The translations under genes were made by a program, and so were the position numbers. Below, in pieces: positions 29,906-39,794 of a stretch of 64,000 bases of DNA. Positions within the stretch are counted from its first letter, which is position 1. Every line of letters starts with the position of its first letter. The notes below the pieces were generated by a model. That model was not told the origin of the DNA, ran no database searches, and worked only from the letters and a program-made list of their open reading frames with translations. This stretch comes from an uncultured Fibrobacterota bacterium (GTDB taxonomy: Bacteria; Fibrobacterota; Chitinivibrionia; Chitinivibrionales; FEN-1185). The stretch is from positions 175,128 to 239,127 of the forward strand of contig CAVSQB010000019.1 in NCBI GenBank assembly GCA_963729895.1, read 5' to 3'.

Positions 29906-32437
29906 TTACGGCATTGTCTTGACCGTGACGATATGCACGCCGTTCGAAACGTTGAAATCTTCTCGTAAATCAACAGAGTTCCTCTTAACGATTTTGATCC
30001 CCTCAAGCTTGCCTCGCAGGTCGTAAACGGCAACGACCTTGACCTTCCCTGCAAAAGCCTTATCAAAAACTATGCGGTCGCTTGCCGTTTTGAGAGTCAT
30101 AGGAAGCTGCATGAACGCCGTGAGTCCGGCCGCCTCCCGGGGGCGTATTCGGACAGGAGCGCATGAAATCTGTGCGCCAGCGTACACTAGTTGACAATCA
30201 GGATTCTCCGTTTGCCCCTCGCCGACACCGTGGTTACTTTTCACATATACGATATTGAAAACTTTTTTCTGGTCCATGCCGGCAAAGCTGCCGCTCCGAA
30301 CGCCAATGATTACATTTTGAGGATTGTCGATGTAGGTAATCGGAATTGTCGCGTATTGCCCTTGTTCGTAATTGTAATTGTCGTTCTCATCTTCGTACAG
30401 GGAGAAGCTTCCGTTTGCGCCGGAGTACACCCGCAGTTCGACGGTATCGGCCGGTTTTTCCGTCGCGTATTGGAGCTCCGGCCCCATGGGCACGATTGAA
30501 CCTGCGCGGACGTATAATGGTATCGTCTGCAGCGGCGCGGACCCGGTGATCGTCGTTCCCCCGTTGACCTGGGTCCCGGTCCAAAAGTTCCACCATTTGC
30601 CCGCCGGCAAATAGACCTGGCGCGTGGTCGAGCCAGGCGTGGTAACGGGGTTGACCATGATGGCGGGTCCGAACATGTACTGATTGGATATACTCCGTAC
30701 AGTAGGATCAGACTGAAAATCCATTACCAGGCCGCGCATGATGGTATATCCCTGATTAGTCACCATTGATGCGAGAGAGTAAATGTACGGCAGGAGCCTG
30801 TAACGCAGATTCATGTAGTTAGTCAAGATTGGGACGGCCGTCGTGTCATATCGCCAGGGTTCCTTGTCGCCGCAGCCATGCACTCGGAACATCGGACAAA
30901 AGGCGCCGAATTGGAACCAGCGGACCATTTTCTCAGAGTCGCAATTTGTCCAGTAGCCCCCAATGTCGTCGCACCAATAGGGTATTCCGGACAGGCAGAA
31001 ATTGAGGCCGCCGGCAATTTCCTTCCTGAACGTTGACCATGCGGAATCTATGTCTCCCGACCACACCGTCGTCGCGAAGTGCTGCTGACCGGCCCAGGCG
31101 GAACGGGTGAGCGTATATACCCTTTTGCTCGCGTCATACAGACGCCTGCCTTCGTAGGTCGTTTTACATTGCACGGATGAATACGCCGGACAGCGCCAGT
31201 CCAGGTTCTGATACATGCTTCCTTCCGTAGCGTCGTGCCAGAATGCGTCGAATCCCTTGGGCATGATCGCGTCTTTGATCTGCCGCCAGTATATCGAATC
31301 GCAAACAGGGTTGAAAGGATTGAAATACTCTCCGTTGTAATCGGACGCCTCAAGGCAGCCGGCTGCATTCAGTTCATTGTAATTCGCGGTTCCGGATGCA
31401 AAGGCCGGCCAGATCGAAAGCATGCAATGCTCGTGAAGCTTATGGATTGAATCGCACATTGCCGAAGGATCAGGATAGTTGGAATTGAATATGTGCGAGC
31501 CGCACGCGGTCCACCAGTTCCAGTCCTGGACGATCATGTCGATAGGGAGTTTCCGGTTCCTGAATTCCTTGGCTATATTGAGGATCTCGGCCTGTGAACC
31601 ATATTGACATTTGCTTTGAATGTACCCATACGCCCATTTTCCGAACATCGGTGCATTGCCGGTGGCCAACCGATACCCGCTGATCACCGAATCGACGGCT
31701 GGTCCGTAAATGAAATAGTAATCCAGGAAGGGCGAGGAGTTGGCGTGGATATTCATGACCGTATTGTTTTGCTGCCATTGAATCGACCATAAAGAATTGT
31801 CCCACAGAATGCCGTAACCCTTGCTCGAAACAGCAAACGGAACGACATATACGGAAGTGTATTGTTGAGGATATAACGTGACATTTCGTCCGTTATACGT
31901 GATGCTCGAATCGTGTTCGTACTGGCCAAGCCCGTAAATCGCCTCGTTCGACGCGATTGTAAAGGGAGTCGTAAAACTGTATGGCGCATCGGGAAACGTG
32001 GTGCTTGCGGCCATGTCGTTTCCGCTGTTCAGCGCAAGTGATGATCCCGAAAGGTCTCCAAAATTGATTGCACCGGTCGACGTGGTGACTGAAACTGAAA
32101 TTGCGGAAGTCGCAATCCATACCTGGCCGGGCGGCTCGGTGACGGTGTATGATACGGCGTCCCACGATGTCTTGATGATCGCGGTAAAATCCTTGGCGAC
32201 GAAGGTGCTGCCCGGCGTGCACCAGACGCGGATGATCGTCGGCGTGCATACCGTCACGTTCAACATGCCGCTCTGCATGGTAAACTGGACGGTCTGTCCG
32301 TTCTTCACGTAGCTTACCACCGGGCCCAATGATGCTGCGTTTGCGGTGTGCTGCAGCAGGATTGCCATTCCTATGAGAATTACTGAAAAATGCGATTTCG
32401 CCGACGCCGCACATGAGCAGCGCATTGATTTTGACAT
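29906..32437 (-). CDS. Secreted GH31 alpha-glycosidase (alpha-xylosidase/glucosidase-like) with DUF5110-like and T9SS-type C-terminal domains
   Basis: 'IYGLGQ', 'YGILWDN', 'IVQDW', nucleophile 'FWHDATE', 'WSGD', 'DIGG', 'RWFQFGAF.P.FR.HG', 'YLPAG.W' and 'LYEDE'. Confidence 0.9.
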   Translation of the reverse strand: MSKSMRCSCAASAKSHFSVILIGMAILLQHTANAASLGPVVSYVKNGQTVQFTMQSGMLNVTVCTPTIIRVWCTPGSTFVAKDFTAIIKTSWDAVSYTVTEPPGQVWIATSAISVSVTTSTGAINFGDLSGSSLALNSGNDMAASTTFPDAPYSFTTPFTIASNEAIYGLGQYEHDSSITYNGRNVTLYPQQYTSVYVVPFAVSSKGYGILWDNSLWSIQWQQNNTVMNIHANSSPFLDYYFIYGPAVDSVISGYRLATGNAPMFGKWAYGYIQSKCQYGSQAEILNIAKEFRNRKLPIDMIVQDWNWWTACGSHIFNSNYPDPSAMCDSIHKLHEHCMLSIWPAFASGTANYNELNAAGCLEASDYNGEYFNPFNPVCDSIYWRQIKDAIMPKGFDAFWHDATEGSMYQNLDWRCPAYSSVQCKTTYEGRRLYDASKRVYTLTRSAWAGQQHFATTVWSGDIDSAWSTFRKEIAGGLNFCLSGIPYWCDDIGGYWTNCDSEKMVRWFQFGAFCPMFRVHGCGDKEPWRYDTTAVPILTNYMNLRYRLLPYIYSLASMVTNQGYTIMRGLVMDFQSDPTVRSISNQYMFGPAIMVNPVTTPGSTTRQVYLPAGKWWNFWTGTQVNGGTTITGSAPLQTIPLYVRAGSIVPMGPELQYATEKPADTVELRVYSGANGSFSLYEDENDNYNYEQGQYATIPITYIDNPQNVIIGVRSGSFAGMDQKKVFNIVYVKSNHGVGEGQTENPDCQLVYAGAQISCAPVRIRPREAAGLTAFMQLPMTLKTASDRIVFDKAFAGKVKVVAVYDLRGKLEGIKIVKRNSVDLREDFNVSNGVHIVTVKTMP

Positions 32438-32524
32438 ACCAAGTCCCACCCTTTTTTATCAGAGCATTCCGTTATCGCAACGCTTTAACTTTCACGGTAT
32501 ACACGCCGTTCGGTATGCGGTCCA

Positions 32525-34579
32525 CTATTTCCGGCTCGCAAGAACAACCGTACGCGCTTCAACTGGATACCGCCTTGCCGCATCCTTCATGCAGACTTTC
32601 ACGATGTAAACGCCGGCGCCAAGATCACCGGAGGGACAGGAAATCGCGTCGGCGCCTTTGTGTGACGAAAATTTTTGACCGCTCCAGATCAACCGTCCCG
32701 AGGAGTTGAAAATCGAAATCTCGGCTGTGCCGTTTTCGCCCGGAACGGCATAGCGGACCATCAACGCGTTGCGCGCTTGCGCCACGGTCATGCCGCAGCC
32801 TTCGCCTGGATTCTGCGACGGCACTTTGACCGCCGTGGCCGGAAGCGTGTCGGGAATCCCGATGTTGTTTTTTCCAAAGGTGACGATGAACGTGGCCGGC
32901 GCATCGTTCTGGTACGCAAGCTGGCCCGGAACTCTGTTTATAAGTTGACATGAGTCGAAATAGGCTGACCCCACAGACCCGGATTGGATCCAGATTGCCG
33001 TTTGCGCGGGATGGTCGATGATGTTGTTTGGCTGGACGTTCATGGTGACCGTGTTGCTGCCGACGGTCATCCCATAAAATTGCGCGTCCTTGATGGTGTT
33101 ATTGGAAATGGTCACGTTGACCACTTTCCCTCCCGGAGAGGCATTGACGGCCATGCCGGCAGGATTGCGGCGTCCGCCGCACCGCATGATGACATTGCCG
33201 GTAACCACCGCCGAGTCTAGGTTATTGCCGTCGGAGCCGAAAACGCCGATGTACATGCCCGCTTCTTTTACGTCGTCGAGAATCAGGTTGTTTTCCGCGC
33301 GCACATTCTTGCCGCCCGCTATTCGCAGGCCGTTTGCCCACCACATGCCCACCGTGGTGTTGTTTCGCAGGGTGGCGCCATTGATCTCCTGTGATTCCGT
33401 GACGGAGTAGATTGTGGCCCCGTCGTCGCCGCAGCCGCGCGTGAAGTTGTTTTGCGCGAGAAGGTTGGTTCCGACACCGCCGCCGGCGGAGCCGTTATTC
33501 ATGTTAAGACCATCGCCCCAGCATAGTGAGGACCGGCTGTTCTGGAGAGTGCCGTTTGTGCCGCAGCACCAGAATCCGGCCCAACAACCGTGAATCGCCC
33601 ACACCCGGTCGATGAGCCAATTTGTTCCTGCGATATTGACGCCGCCCATGCCCTGGTCGCGCTGCACGGTCACCGCATCGACGCAGAAATCCTCCAGCGT
33701 GCAGGAGACCGCCTGGATCTGCCCCATGGTGAAGTACAACGTGGTATACCACATTCCCGCTCCCGCTATCGTAACGCCGTTGGGGCTGAAATTGGCGGTC
33801 AAATAATATTTGCCGGCAGGAACCCACACCGACTTGCCCTTGGACTTTGCATCGGAACAACACGAATTGAATGCACCGTTGACACTTGCAGTATCCGCCC
33901 CCGTGGCTCCGTAATCGGCAACCGACAGCGAATTGGCCGGACGCGACTTTGGAGCGGCGGATTCGAGATCGATGCAGTCGATGTAATAAAACGAGGCGGT
34001 GTTCGCCGCGTCCTTTTTGAGCACGATCGTATCGCCGGCGTGAAGTGCGGCGCCGGTGATGTGGGTTCGGGACTCATCGTAAAACACGTGCGGACCGCCT
34101 GTAGAGGGAGTCTGGCTCATGCCGTTGTTGTTGCCGTCCGTACCGTCGTACACCCACGTTTGCCGTGAGGTAAGCGGTATGGCCTGGCGGAGAATTCCGT
34201 TTATGTAAAGATCAAGCGTGGCGTCGATCCCGCCGCCCGTTGGCGAGTCCGGGATGCACTCGCGGATATTGATCGTGTTGGCGCTGTCGACCGGGTTGAC
34301 CCACGTTACAGAGGCGCCGGCGGCGCTGAGCTCGACACAGCTCCTGCCCGAGGCTTCGAGTTCCGGGCTCGACAGCGCGTTGGCGGGTATTGTCTGCAAC
34401 GTGCGCACAATGGCCCCTCCGCCGATGACACCGGCCTCGGCTTCGATGGTGGTGAACGGGGTCGTTGCCCCAACGGTTTGCGCGGCACCGACTCCCCGAA
34501 CCAAAAGAAAGCACCATAGTATCAGAACCACGTTGCGGAAAATTTGGGTGGTCCCGCAGCAGGTGTTTGATGTCTTCAT
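32525..34579 (-). CDS. Secreted GH87-like (alpha-1,3-glucanase/mycodextranase) beta-helix enzyme with T9SS-type C-terminal domain
   Basis: 'GATTPFTTIEAEAG', 'EASGR..V.L', 'IPDSP.GGG..ATL.LY.NG', 'HVFYDE', 'GAGMWYT', 'DGLN' and 'GDDG'; parallel beta-helix repeats. Confidence 0.75.
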   Translation of the reverse strand: MKTSNTCCGTTQIFRNVVLILWCFLLVRGVGAAQTVGATTPFTTIEAEAGVIGGGAIVRTLQTIPANALSSPELEASGRSCVELSAAGASVTWVNPVDSANTINIRECIPDSPTGGGIDATLDLYINGILRQAIPLTSRQTWVYDGTDGNNNGMSQTPSTGGPHVFYDESRTHITGAALHAGDTIVLKKDAANTASFYYIDCIDLESAAPKSRPANSLSVADYGATGADTASVNGAFNSCCSDAKSKGKSVWVPAGKYYLTANFSPNGVTIAGAGMWYTTLYFTMGQIQAVSCTLEDFCVDAVTVQRDQGMGGVNIAGTNWLIDRVWAIHGCWAGFWCCGTNGTLQNSRSSLCWGDGLNMNNGSAGGGVGTNLLAQNNFTRGCGDDGATIYSVTESQEINGATLRNNTTVGMWWANGLRIAGGKNVRAENNLILDDVKEAGMYIGVFGSDGNNLDSAVVTGNVIMRCGGRRNPAGMAVNASPGGKVVNVTISNNTIKDAQFYGMTVGSNTVTMNVQPNNIIDHPAQTAIWIQSGSVGSAYFDSCQLINRVPGQLAYQNDAPATFIVTFGKNNIGIPDTLPATAVKVPSQNPGEGCGMTVAQARNALMVRYAVPGENGTAEISIFNSSGRLIWSGQKFSSHKGADAISCPSGDLGAGVYIVKVCMKDAARRYPVEARTVVLASRK

Positions 34580-34769
34580 GATTGGAAGCCTCCCCTTTTG
34601 ACACATGGTTTACCGGACAAAAGACCAAGTTGCACTGACAATCAGCTAATATAAGAGATCCAACTTATAAGAGAATTTGCGATTTATTAATTTCATTGAG
34701 ATGGTTATATATTAATGAATGATCCGTCCTCTGCGTGGATCGTGTCCGGTATGGACAAGAACGGACTAG

Positions 34770-36081
34770 CAGGGTGTTGAAAAAGTCTCCCTTTTGTAAA
34801 CATTTATCCTTATATTATAGGGGAACCCCAACCAAGGAGTATTGATGAGAGGTTCCCAGCCAGCCCAAGGCGGTATGTTCAGCTTCGTTTCTCCGGATTC
34901 CCGAGTGCCGGCAACACACCCGCTTCGTCGTGTCAAACAGTTTACGGACATAGCGCTGCGCCGCCTTTCTCGTGACTTTGAGGCGATGTACAGCCGGATG
35001 GGACGCCCTTCGATACCGCCGGAATGGCTTTTGAAAGCACAGATATTGATGGCTTTGTTTTCGATACGGTCGGACCGGTTGTTTTGCGAGATGCTGGACT
35101 ATAACATTCTGTTCCGATGGTTTCTTGACATGGATCTGGATGCGGCATCGTTTGATCATAGTGTGTTTTCGAAGAACCGAGATCGACTTATGGAACAGGA
35201 GATTGCGCACCGGCTGATGCAGGAAATCGTGCGTCTTGCTCGTTCCGAAGAGTTGTTGTCCGATGAGCATTTCACGGTTGACGGCACGTTGATTGAAGCC
35301 TGGGCATCGATGAAGAGCTTCAAGCGAAAAGACGCGGAATCGGCGAACAAGACTGACGATGATCGGAGTAATCCGTCGGTTGATTTCCACCATGAGAAGC
35401 GAAGCAATGAGACACATCAGAGTTCGACCGATCCAGAGGCGCGGTTGGCTCGGAAGAACAAGAGAACGGGAGCGCAGCTGGCGTATTCCGGTCACGTGCT
35501 GATGGAAAACCGAAATGGGTTGTGTGTTGATATCGCCATTGCGCCAGCGACGGGGACAGCGGAACGGGATATGGCGCTTGAGCTGATAAAGCATGAACGC
35601 AGGCGCGGAAAACGCCGGATGAAGACGGTGGGTGCAGACAAAGGGTATCATGCAACCGAATTTATCAAGAGCCTGCGACGCCTGCACGTGAAGCCTCACA
35701 TTGCCGAGAAGGCCAACACTTCGCTTAAAGGGTTGGATGGAAGAACGACTCGGCATAAGGGATACAGCGTAAGTCAAAGGAAACGAAAACGGGTTGAAGA
35801 GATATTTGGGTGGATCAAGAGCGTCGGTGGCCTGCGGAAAACTCGGGTAAGAGGAATACGAATCAACCAGACTGTTGCCTACGTGGTTGCCGCAGCGTAC
35901 AACTTGATACGCATGGTTAAGTTGATGCCGCAAACGGTGGGGGCAGCATGAGAATGGCCTGGGAATCCGGGGAAATGCCTCGGAACGAGGCAGGTAAAAC
36001 CTCTCTGACATATGTAAAGTTGAAGTTAGGTTCATAAAAAATCAACAAGAGCGCTTCTGTTAGGACTATTTCAACAACCTG
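34770..36081 (+). mobile_element. IS5-family insertion sequence, copy 2 (apparently identical to 21189-22500)
   Basis: Same IRs and identical ORF translations at offset 13581. CTAG at 34766-34769 and 36082-36085. Confidence 0.92.
34842..35951 (+). CDS. IS5-family DDE transposase
   Basis: Translation identical to 21261-22370. Confidence 0.92.
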   Translation: MMRGSQPAQGGMFSFVSPDSRVPATHPLRRVKQFTDIALRRLSRDFEAMYSRMGRPSIPPEWLLKAQILMALFSIRSDRLFCEMLDYNILFRWFLDMDLDAASFDHSVFSKNRDRLMEQEIAHRLMQEIVRLARSEELLSDEHFTVDGTLIEAWASMKSFKRKDAESANKTDDDRSNPSVDFHHEKRSNETHQSSTDPEARLARKNKRTGAQLAYSGHVLMENRNGLCVDIAIAPATGTAERDMALELIKHERRRGKRRMKTVGADKGYHATEFIKSLRRLHVKPHIAEKANTSLKGLDGRTTRHKGYSVSQRKRKRVEEIFGWIKSVGGLRKTRVRGIRINQTVAYVVAAAYNLIRMVKLMPQTVGAA

Positions 36082-36294
36082 CTAGGGTTCAGCCGCCCGG
36101 CACGTCCTTTTTTGCATTTGGAAACACATGCCGGTTGCCTGAACCCATACCCCCTCCGCAGGTGCACCCCTAGAAAATGCGGTTGCAAGCGTCAACATCC
36201 GTGCGGGGGCACCCAGAGAGAACAATGAAAAAGGCCTGGCGTTTTAATTGATAATCGGTAAATAAAAAATCATGCCGGAGACTTTTGTTTTGCG

Positions 36295-36435
36295 TTAGGC
36301 AGGACTGGAGCGGGCCCGCCATAGCGGGAGTGCCGGCCGACCCTCGCCGCAGGCGACCAGGGCGGTCCGGCACCGAGGCAATAGGCCGAGCCCGTAAGGA
36401 GGGCCGACCCGAGCGAAGCGAGGGGACCGCCCATC
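36295..36435. repeat. GC-rich multi-hairpin REP/MITE-like element
   Basis: Nested stems (CCCGC/GCGGG, GTGCCGG/CCGGCAC, TCGCC/GGCGA) and a GCGAAGC mini-hairpin, just past the cyclase stop. Confidence 0.4.
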
Positions 36436-36453
36436 TATTTTCTGCACTCTTTT

Positions 36454-38472
36454 CTAGTGTCTCTCCATCTCACCCCATGTTTTCCCCGAATCAACCAATG
36501 ACCCCGGCGAACAAAACGCCAATGCTTCCGCTCCGTCAATATCCTTCAGCACGGCCATTCTGCTGTGCGGCGCGTCGGGGGCCGGCTCCTCCACTGTCGC
36601 AACGGCTGCGGAAAGAGTGCCGGTCCGGCCCAGTTCGGGCAGGTCGAACGTGCATACCCATGTTTCGCCCACGGCGGCAGGTGCGTCGCATGCAAGACAT
36701 AGGTGAAGCTCCCGGCGGTCCTTGCGAAACCGCGTAAGCAAACCGGTGGTCCCACTGCCGTTTTCTTTATTCCGGATCGACACCGGAATGTCCAGAAGCA
36801 TGTCGCCGCCGTCACCCTGTATCCCGCGTATCGAATACACCCTGATCGGCAAGGATTTCCCTTTGACAAGCGCCGGAGGAAGCTCGACTGCGGTGCACAG
36901 GTGCGAGGCCGGATCGTAGGTCTGCTGCGCGGCAAACACCTGCAAGCGCGATGCGAGCGACTCGATGCGCTGGGCCAGATTGACGTTGTCGCCGATGATG
37001 GTGTATTCCATCGTATCTTCGCCGCCGATGTTGCCTCCTGCAAATTCACCCGTGTTGCACCCGATGCCCACGTGTATCTGCGGCTGGCCTGCGGCGGCAA
37101 GCTCGCACCCGAATTTCCACACCGCGGCCTGCATTTCGATGCTTGACCGTATCGCGTTTTCCTGCGCGTTCTCGTCTGCAAACATAACATTCCAGAACGC
37201 CATAATCATGTCGCCGCCGAACTTGTGCAGGGTGCCGCGGTTTCTGGTGATGATCTCCGTGGTGATGCGGAAATGCCTGTTGAGCAATTCCACTACCGCA
37301 AGCGCGCTCAGGTTCTCCGCCAATGCGGTAAACCCCACGATGTCGCAGAAGAGAACGGTGCCGCGTTTGCGCTCTCCGCCGAGCGTGAGGGGAATGGTGC
37401 CGTCTATGACGCCTTCAACCACGTCGGGCGACAGATACCTCGATAATTGCGTGCGCACCTGCGTTTCCTTTTCCACCGCCGTATACAGCTCGGCGTTCTT
37501 GATGGCAATGGCCGCCTGTCCCGCGATGCTGGTGAGCATGGCAAGGTCGTCGGCGCCGAACGCGTGCAGGCTCGACATGGTGTCAACGCTGATCACGCCC
37601 AGCAGTTCGTCCTTGCACACGAACGGCGCGCACATGAGCGAGCGTATCGACAGGTTGACAATTGACTGCTGCGATACGAAACGTCCGTCTTTTTGCGCGT
37701 CCGACGAAAGGATCGACTGTTTCTTCGAGACCACGGCATTGATTATGGTACGGCTTACCGGAAATTCCTCCTGAGGACCGCCGCCCGCGCGGGTGCGTCC
37801 GAGGGACGGGGCCAGTTCACCCGATGTCTTGTCTCGCAGCATGATGAATGCGCGATCGGCGTGCGGAAATATGTCAAAAATGCTGCTCATGATCTTCTCA
37901 AGCAGCGCCCCCGGCTTTTCAAGCGCGCCAAGGTCCTGCGACACCTTTACCATTGCCTGCAGCCGCTGCACCGCGTCAAGCAGGCCCTTCTGCGACGCTT
38001 TTTCCCCGTCACGCACCCCAAGCGCTGACAACGACGCGTCCATGGTCGCGCTTACCATCGGAGCCCTCGTCTCCGAGGTGAGGATCATGGAAAGGCCTGC
38101 GAACCTGCCACCGGCCGGCCTCTCGCCGATGGTGACCGTCCTGGCCGGGTCTTTTTTCCGTATCGCGAGCGGGTCCCTTCCTTCGGAACGGAACACCATG
38201 CGCGCCGGCCCGATTGAAATTTCGTCGCCCTCGTAGAGCGGTTGCGGCACATGCCTGTGCAACTCACGCTTGTTTACCAGCGTGCCGTTTGCCGAGCCAA
38301 GATCGAAAATCACGAAGTAATTGTCTTTTTCCCGGATCGATGCGTGCTGCCTGCTCACGTTAGAATCCGGCACGCAAAAGGCATTGTCGGCGTTGCGGCC
38401 GATCACGGTCTCTTCACCGAGCCTGACCGTTTTTCCGCGGCTGTCGCCTTCCACGATTTCGAGATACGCCAT
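36454..38472 (-). CDS. FHA-GAF-class III adenylate cyclase
   Basis: FHA motifs (IGR, VSRQHA, DLGSANGT), GAF ('IRSLMCAP...GVI.VD') and cyclase motifs ('FCDIVGFT', 'KFGGD', 'YTIIGDNVNLAQRIE'). Confidence 0.9.
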   Translation of the reverse strand: MAYLEIVEGDSRGKTVRLGEETVIGRNADNAFCVPDSNVSRQHASIREKDNYFVIFDLGSANGTLVNKRELHRHVPQPLYEGDEISIGPARMVFRSEGRDPLAIRKKDPARTVTIGERPAGGRFAGLSMILTSETRAPMVSATMDASLSALGVRDGEKASQKGLLDAVQRLQAMVKVSQDLGALEKPGALLEKIMSSIFDIFPHADRAFIMLRDKTSGELAPSLGRTRAGGGPQEEFPVSRTIINAVVSKKQSILSSDAQKDGRFVSQQSIVNLSIRSLMCAPFVCKDELLGVISVDTMSSLHAFGADDLAMLTSIAGQAAIAIKNAELYTAVEKETQVRTQLSRYLSPDVVEGVIDGTIPLTLGGERKRGTVLFCDIVGFTALAENLSALAVVELLNRHFRITTEIITRNRGTLHKFGGDMIMAFWNVMFADENAQENAIRSSIEMQAAVWKFGCELAAAGQPQIHVGIGCNTGEFAGGNIGGEDTMEYTIIGDNVNLAQRIESLASRLQVFAAQQTYDPASHLCTAVELPPALVKGKSLPIRVYSIRGIQGDGGDMLLDIPVSIRNKENGSGTTGLLTRFRKDRRELHLCLACDAPAAVGETWVCTFDLPELGRTGTLSAAVATVEEPAPDAPHSRMAVLKDIDGAEALAFCSPGSLVDSGKTWGEMERH

Positions 38473-38952
38473 AAGGGTTCTTTTGGGGGGTTGTTTGCGG
38501 AATTTCCGTGTTCACTGACGCCAAAGATAATGAACTATTATTACTCCGGCGACCACATATGCACAAAATAAGACACCGATTTCACAGTTCAACGGCCGCC
38601 AATTTGTAGTACTGCCGGAGTAATGATTATACCATTTATGAAAGCCGGTTGTCATGATTGGAATGTAGTGTAACCTTATTAGTGAAAAAAAGATAATCTG
38701 CCGGGTAAACCCTATCGGGTTTCCCCGGTGTGCAGATCACGTTTCCGCAACGCCTTCATTAAAGCATGCCGCTTTGCGGCGATAAGAAAAAGACACAAAT
38801 ACAAGTCATCAAAGCAATTTGAGACAGGCTGGGTTTCCCCGGCAAATCATGATTTGAGTGTACTACAAAATATGTACATCAAAGACTTTCCGTCACTATA
38901 TAATTTGAATGTGCAGGATAAAGAATGTACTCATCTCACTGGAAAGCGTACT

Positions 38953-39786
38953 ATGAAGAAACAGCAACTTCTTCCGAGCGTATACGCCTATAACGACTTC
39001 AGAAAGTTCCTAGCCGACTATCAGAACGCCCGCCACGTCCGCGAACCTTCGTTTTCCAAGAGTGAATTCAGCAGATCGCTTCTGCTTCCCAACACCCGCA
39101 GTTACTTTAACGATGTCATGAGAGGCAAAAAAGTCTCGGAAACGTTTGCCTCACGGATCATCTCAACAATCGGGTTCAGTAGGCACGAGGCGCAGTACTT
39201 CCGCACCCTGGTACGGTTCAACCAGGCGGACAACGACGAGGAACGGGAACTGTCTTTTGAACAGCTTATAGCCCTGAACCGGACCCCAAAACGGATTCTT
39301 GACAAGAACATCCTGGTCTATTACAGCAAATGGTATCACGGCGTTATCCGCGCCATGCTTGAGATTTGGGATTTTAACGGGGATTATACGGTATTGGCAA
39401 ATAAGATCAACCCTCCGATTACTCCGAGGGAGGCTAAAGACGCCATCACCCTGCTCTCCGACCTGCGGCTCATCAAGAAGAACTCCGCCGGCTTTTATAA
39501 ACCGTCGGAAAAATCCATTTCAGCGCCCGAAAACATGCATGATGACCTTGTCCGGCTGTACCAGCTGAAATGCATGGGGCTTGCGCAGAAAGTGTATGCG
39601 GAACATCCCAGATCTGTTTCTTATTCGTCCACCAATACAATAAGCGTTTCGGATCTCGGGCATAAACGCCTGCTTTCACTTACCAAGAGATTTCAGGACC
39701 AGGTGCGGTCGCTTGTGCACAAGGACGAAAACGCCGCGACCAGGGTCTACCAGATGGGTGTCATTTTGTTTCCACTTTCCAAATAG
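38953..39786 (+). CDS. TIGR02147 family protein (Fibrobacterota-type, DUF4423-like)
   Basis: 'VYAYNDFRKFL.DY', 'YF.TLV.FNQA', 'YYSKWYH.VIR', 'PPIT..EAK.AI..L..L.LIKK' and C-terminal 'VYQMGVILFPLSK'. Start is probably ATG 38953. Confidence 0.85.
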   Translation: MKKQQLLPSVYAYNDFRKFLADYQNARHVREPSFSKSEFSRSLLLPNTRSYFNDVMRGKKVSETFASRIISTIGFSRHEAQYFRTLVRFNQADNDEERELSFEQLIALNRTPKRILDKNILVYYSKWYHGVIRAMLEIWDFNGDYTVLANKINPPITPREAKDAITLLSDLRLIKKNSAGFYKPSEKSISAPENMHDDLVRLYQLKCMGLAQKVYAEHPRSVSYSSTNTISVSDLGHKRLLSLTKRFQDQVRSLVHKDENAATRVYQMGVILFPLSK

Positions 39787-39794
39787 GAGAAATC

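Noticed and set aside
21189..36081. Composite transposon formed by the two identical IS5 copies carrying MacAB and the GH genes
   Set aside because: The flanks of copy 1 rejoin into one in-frame tolC, so the DNA between the copies is native. CTAG is a fixed target, so matching outer repeats are uninformative. Independent insertions are the simpler explanation.
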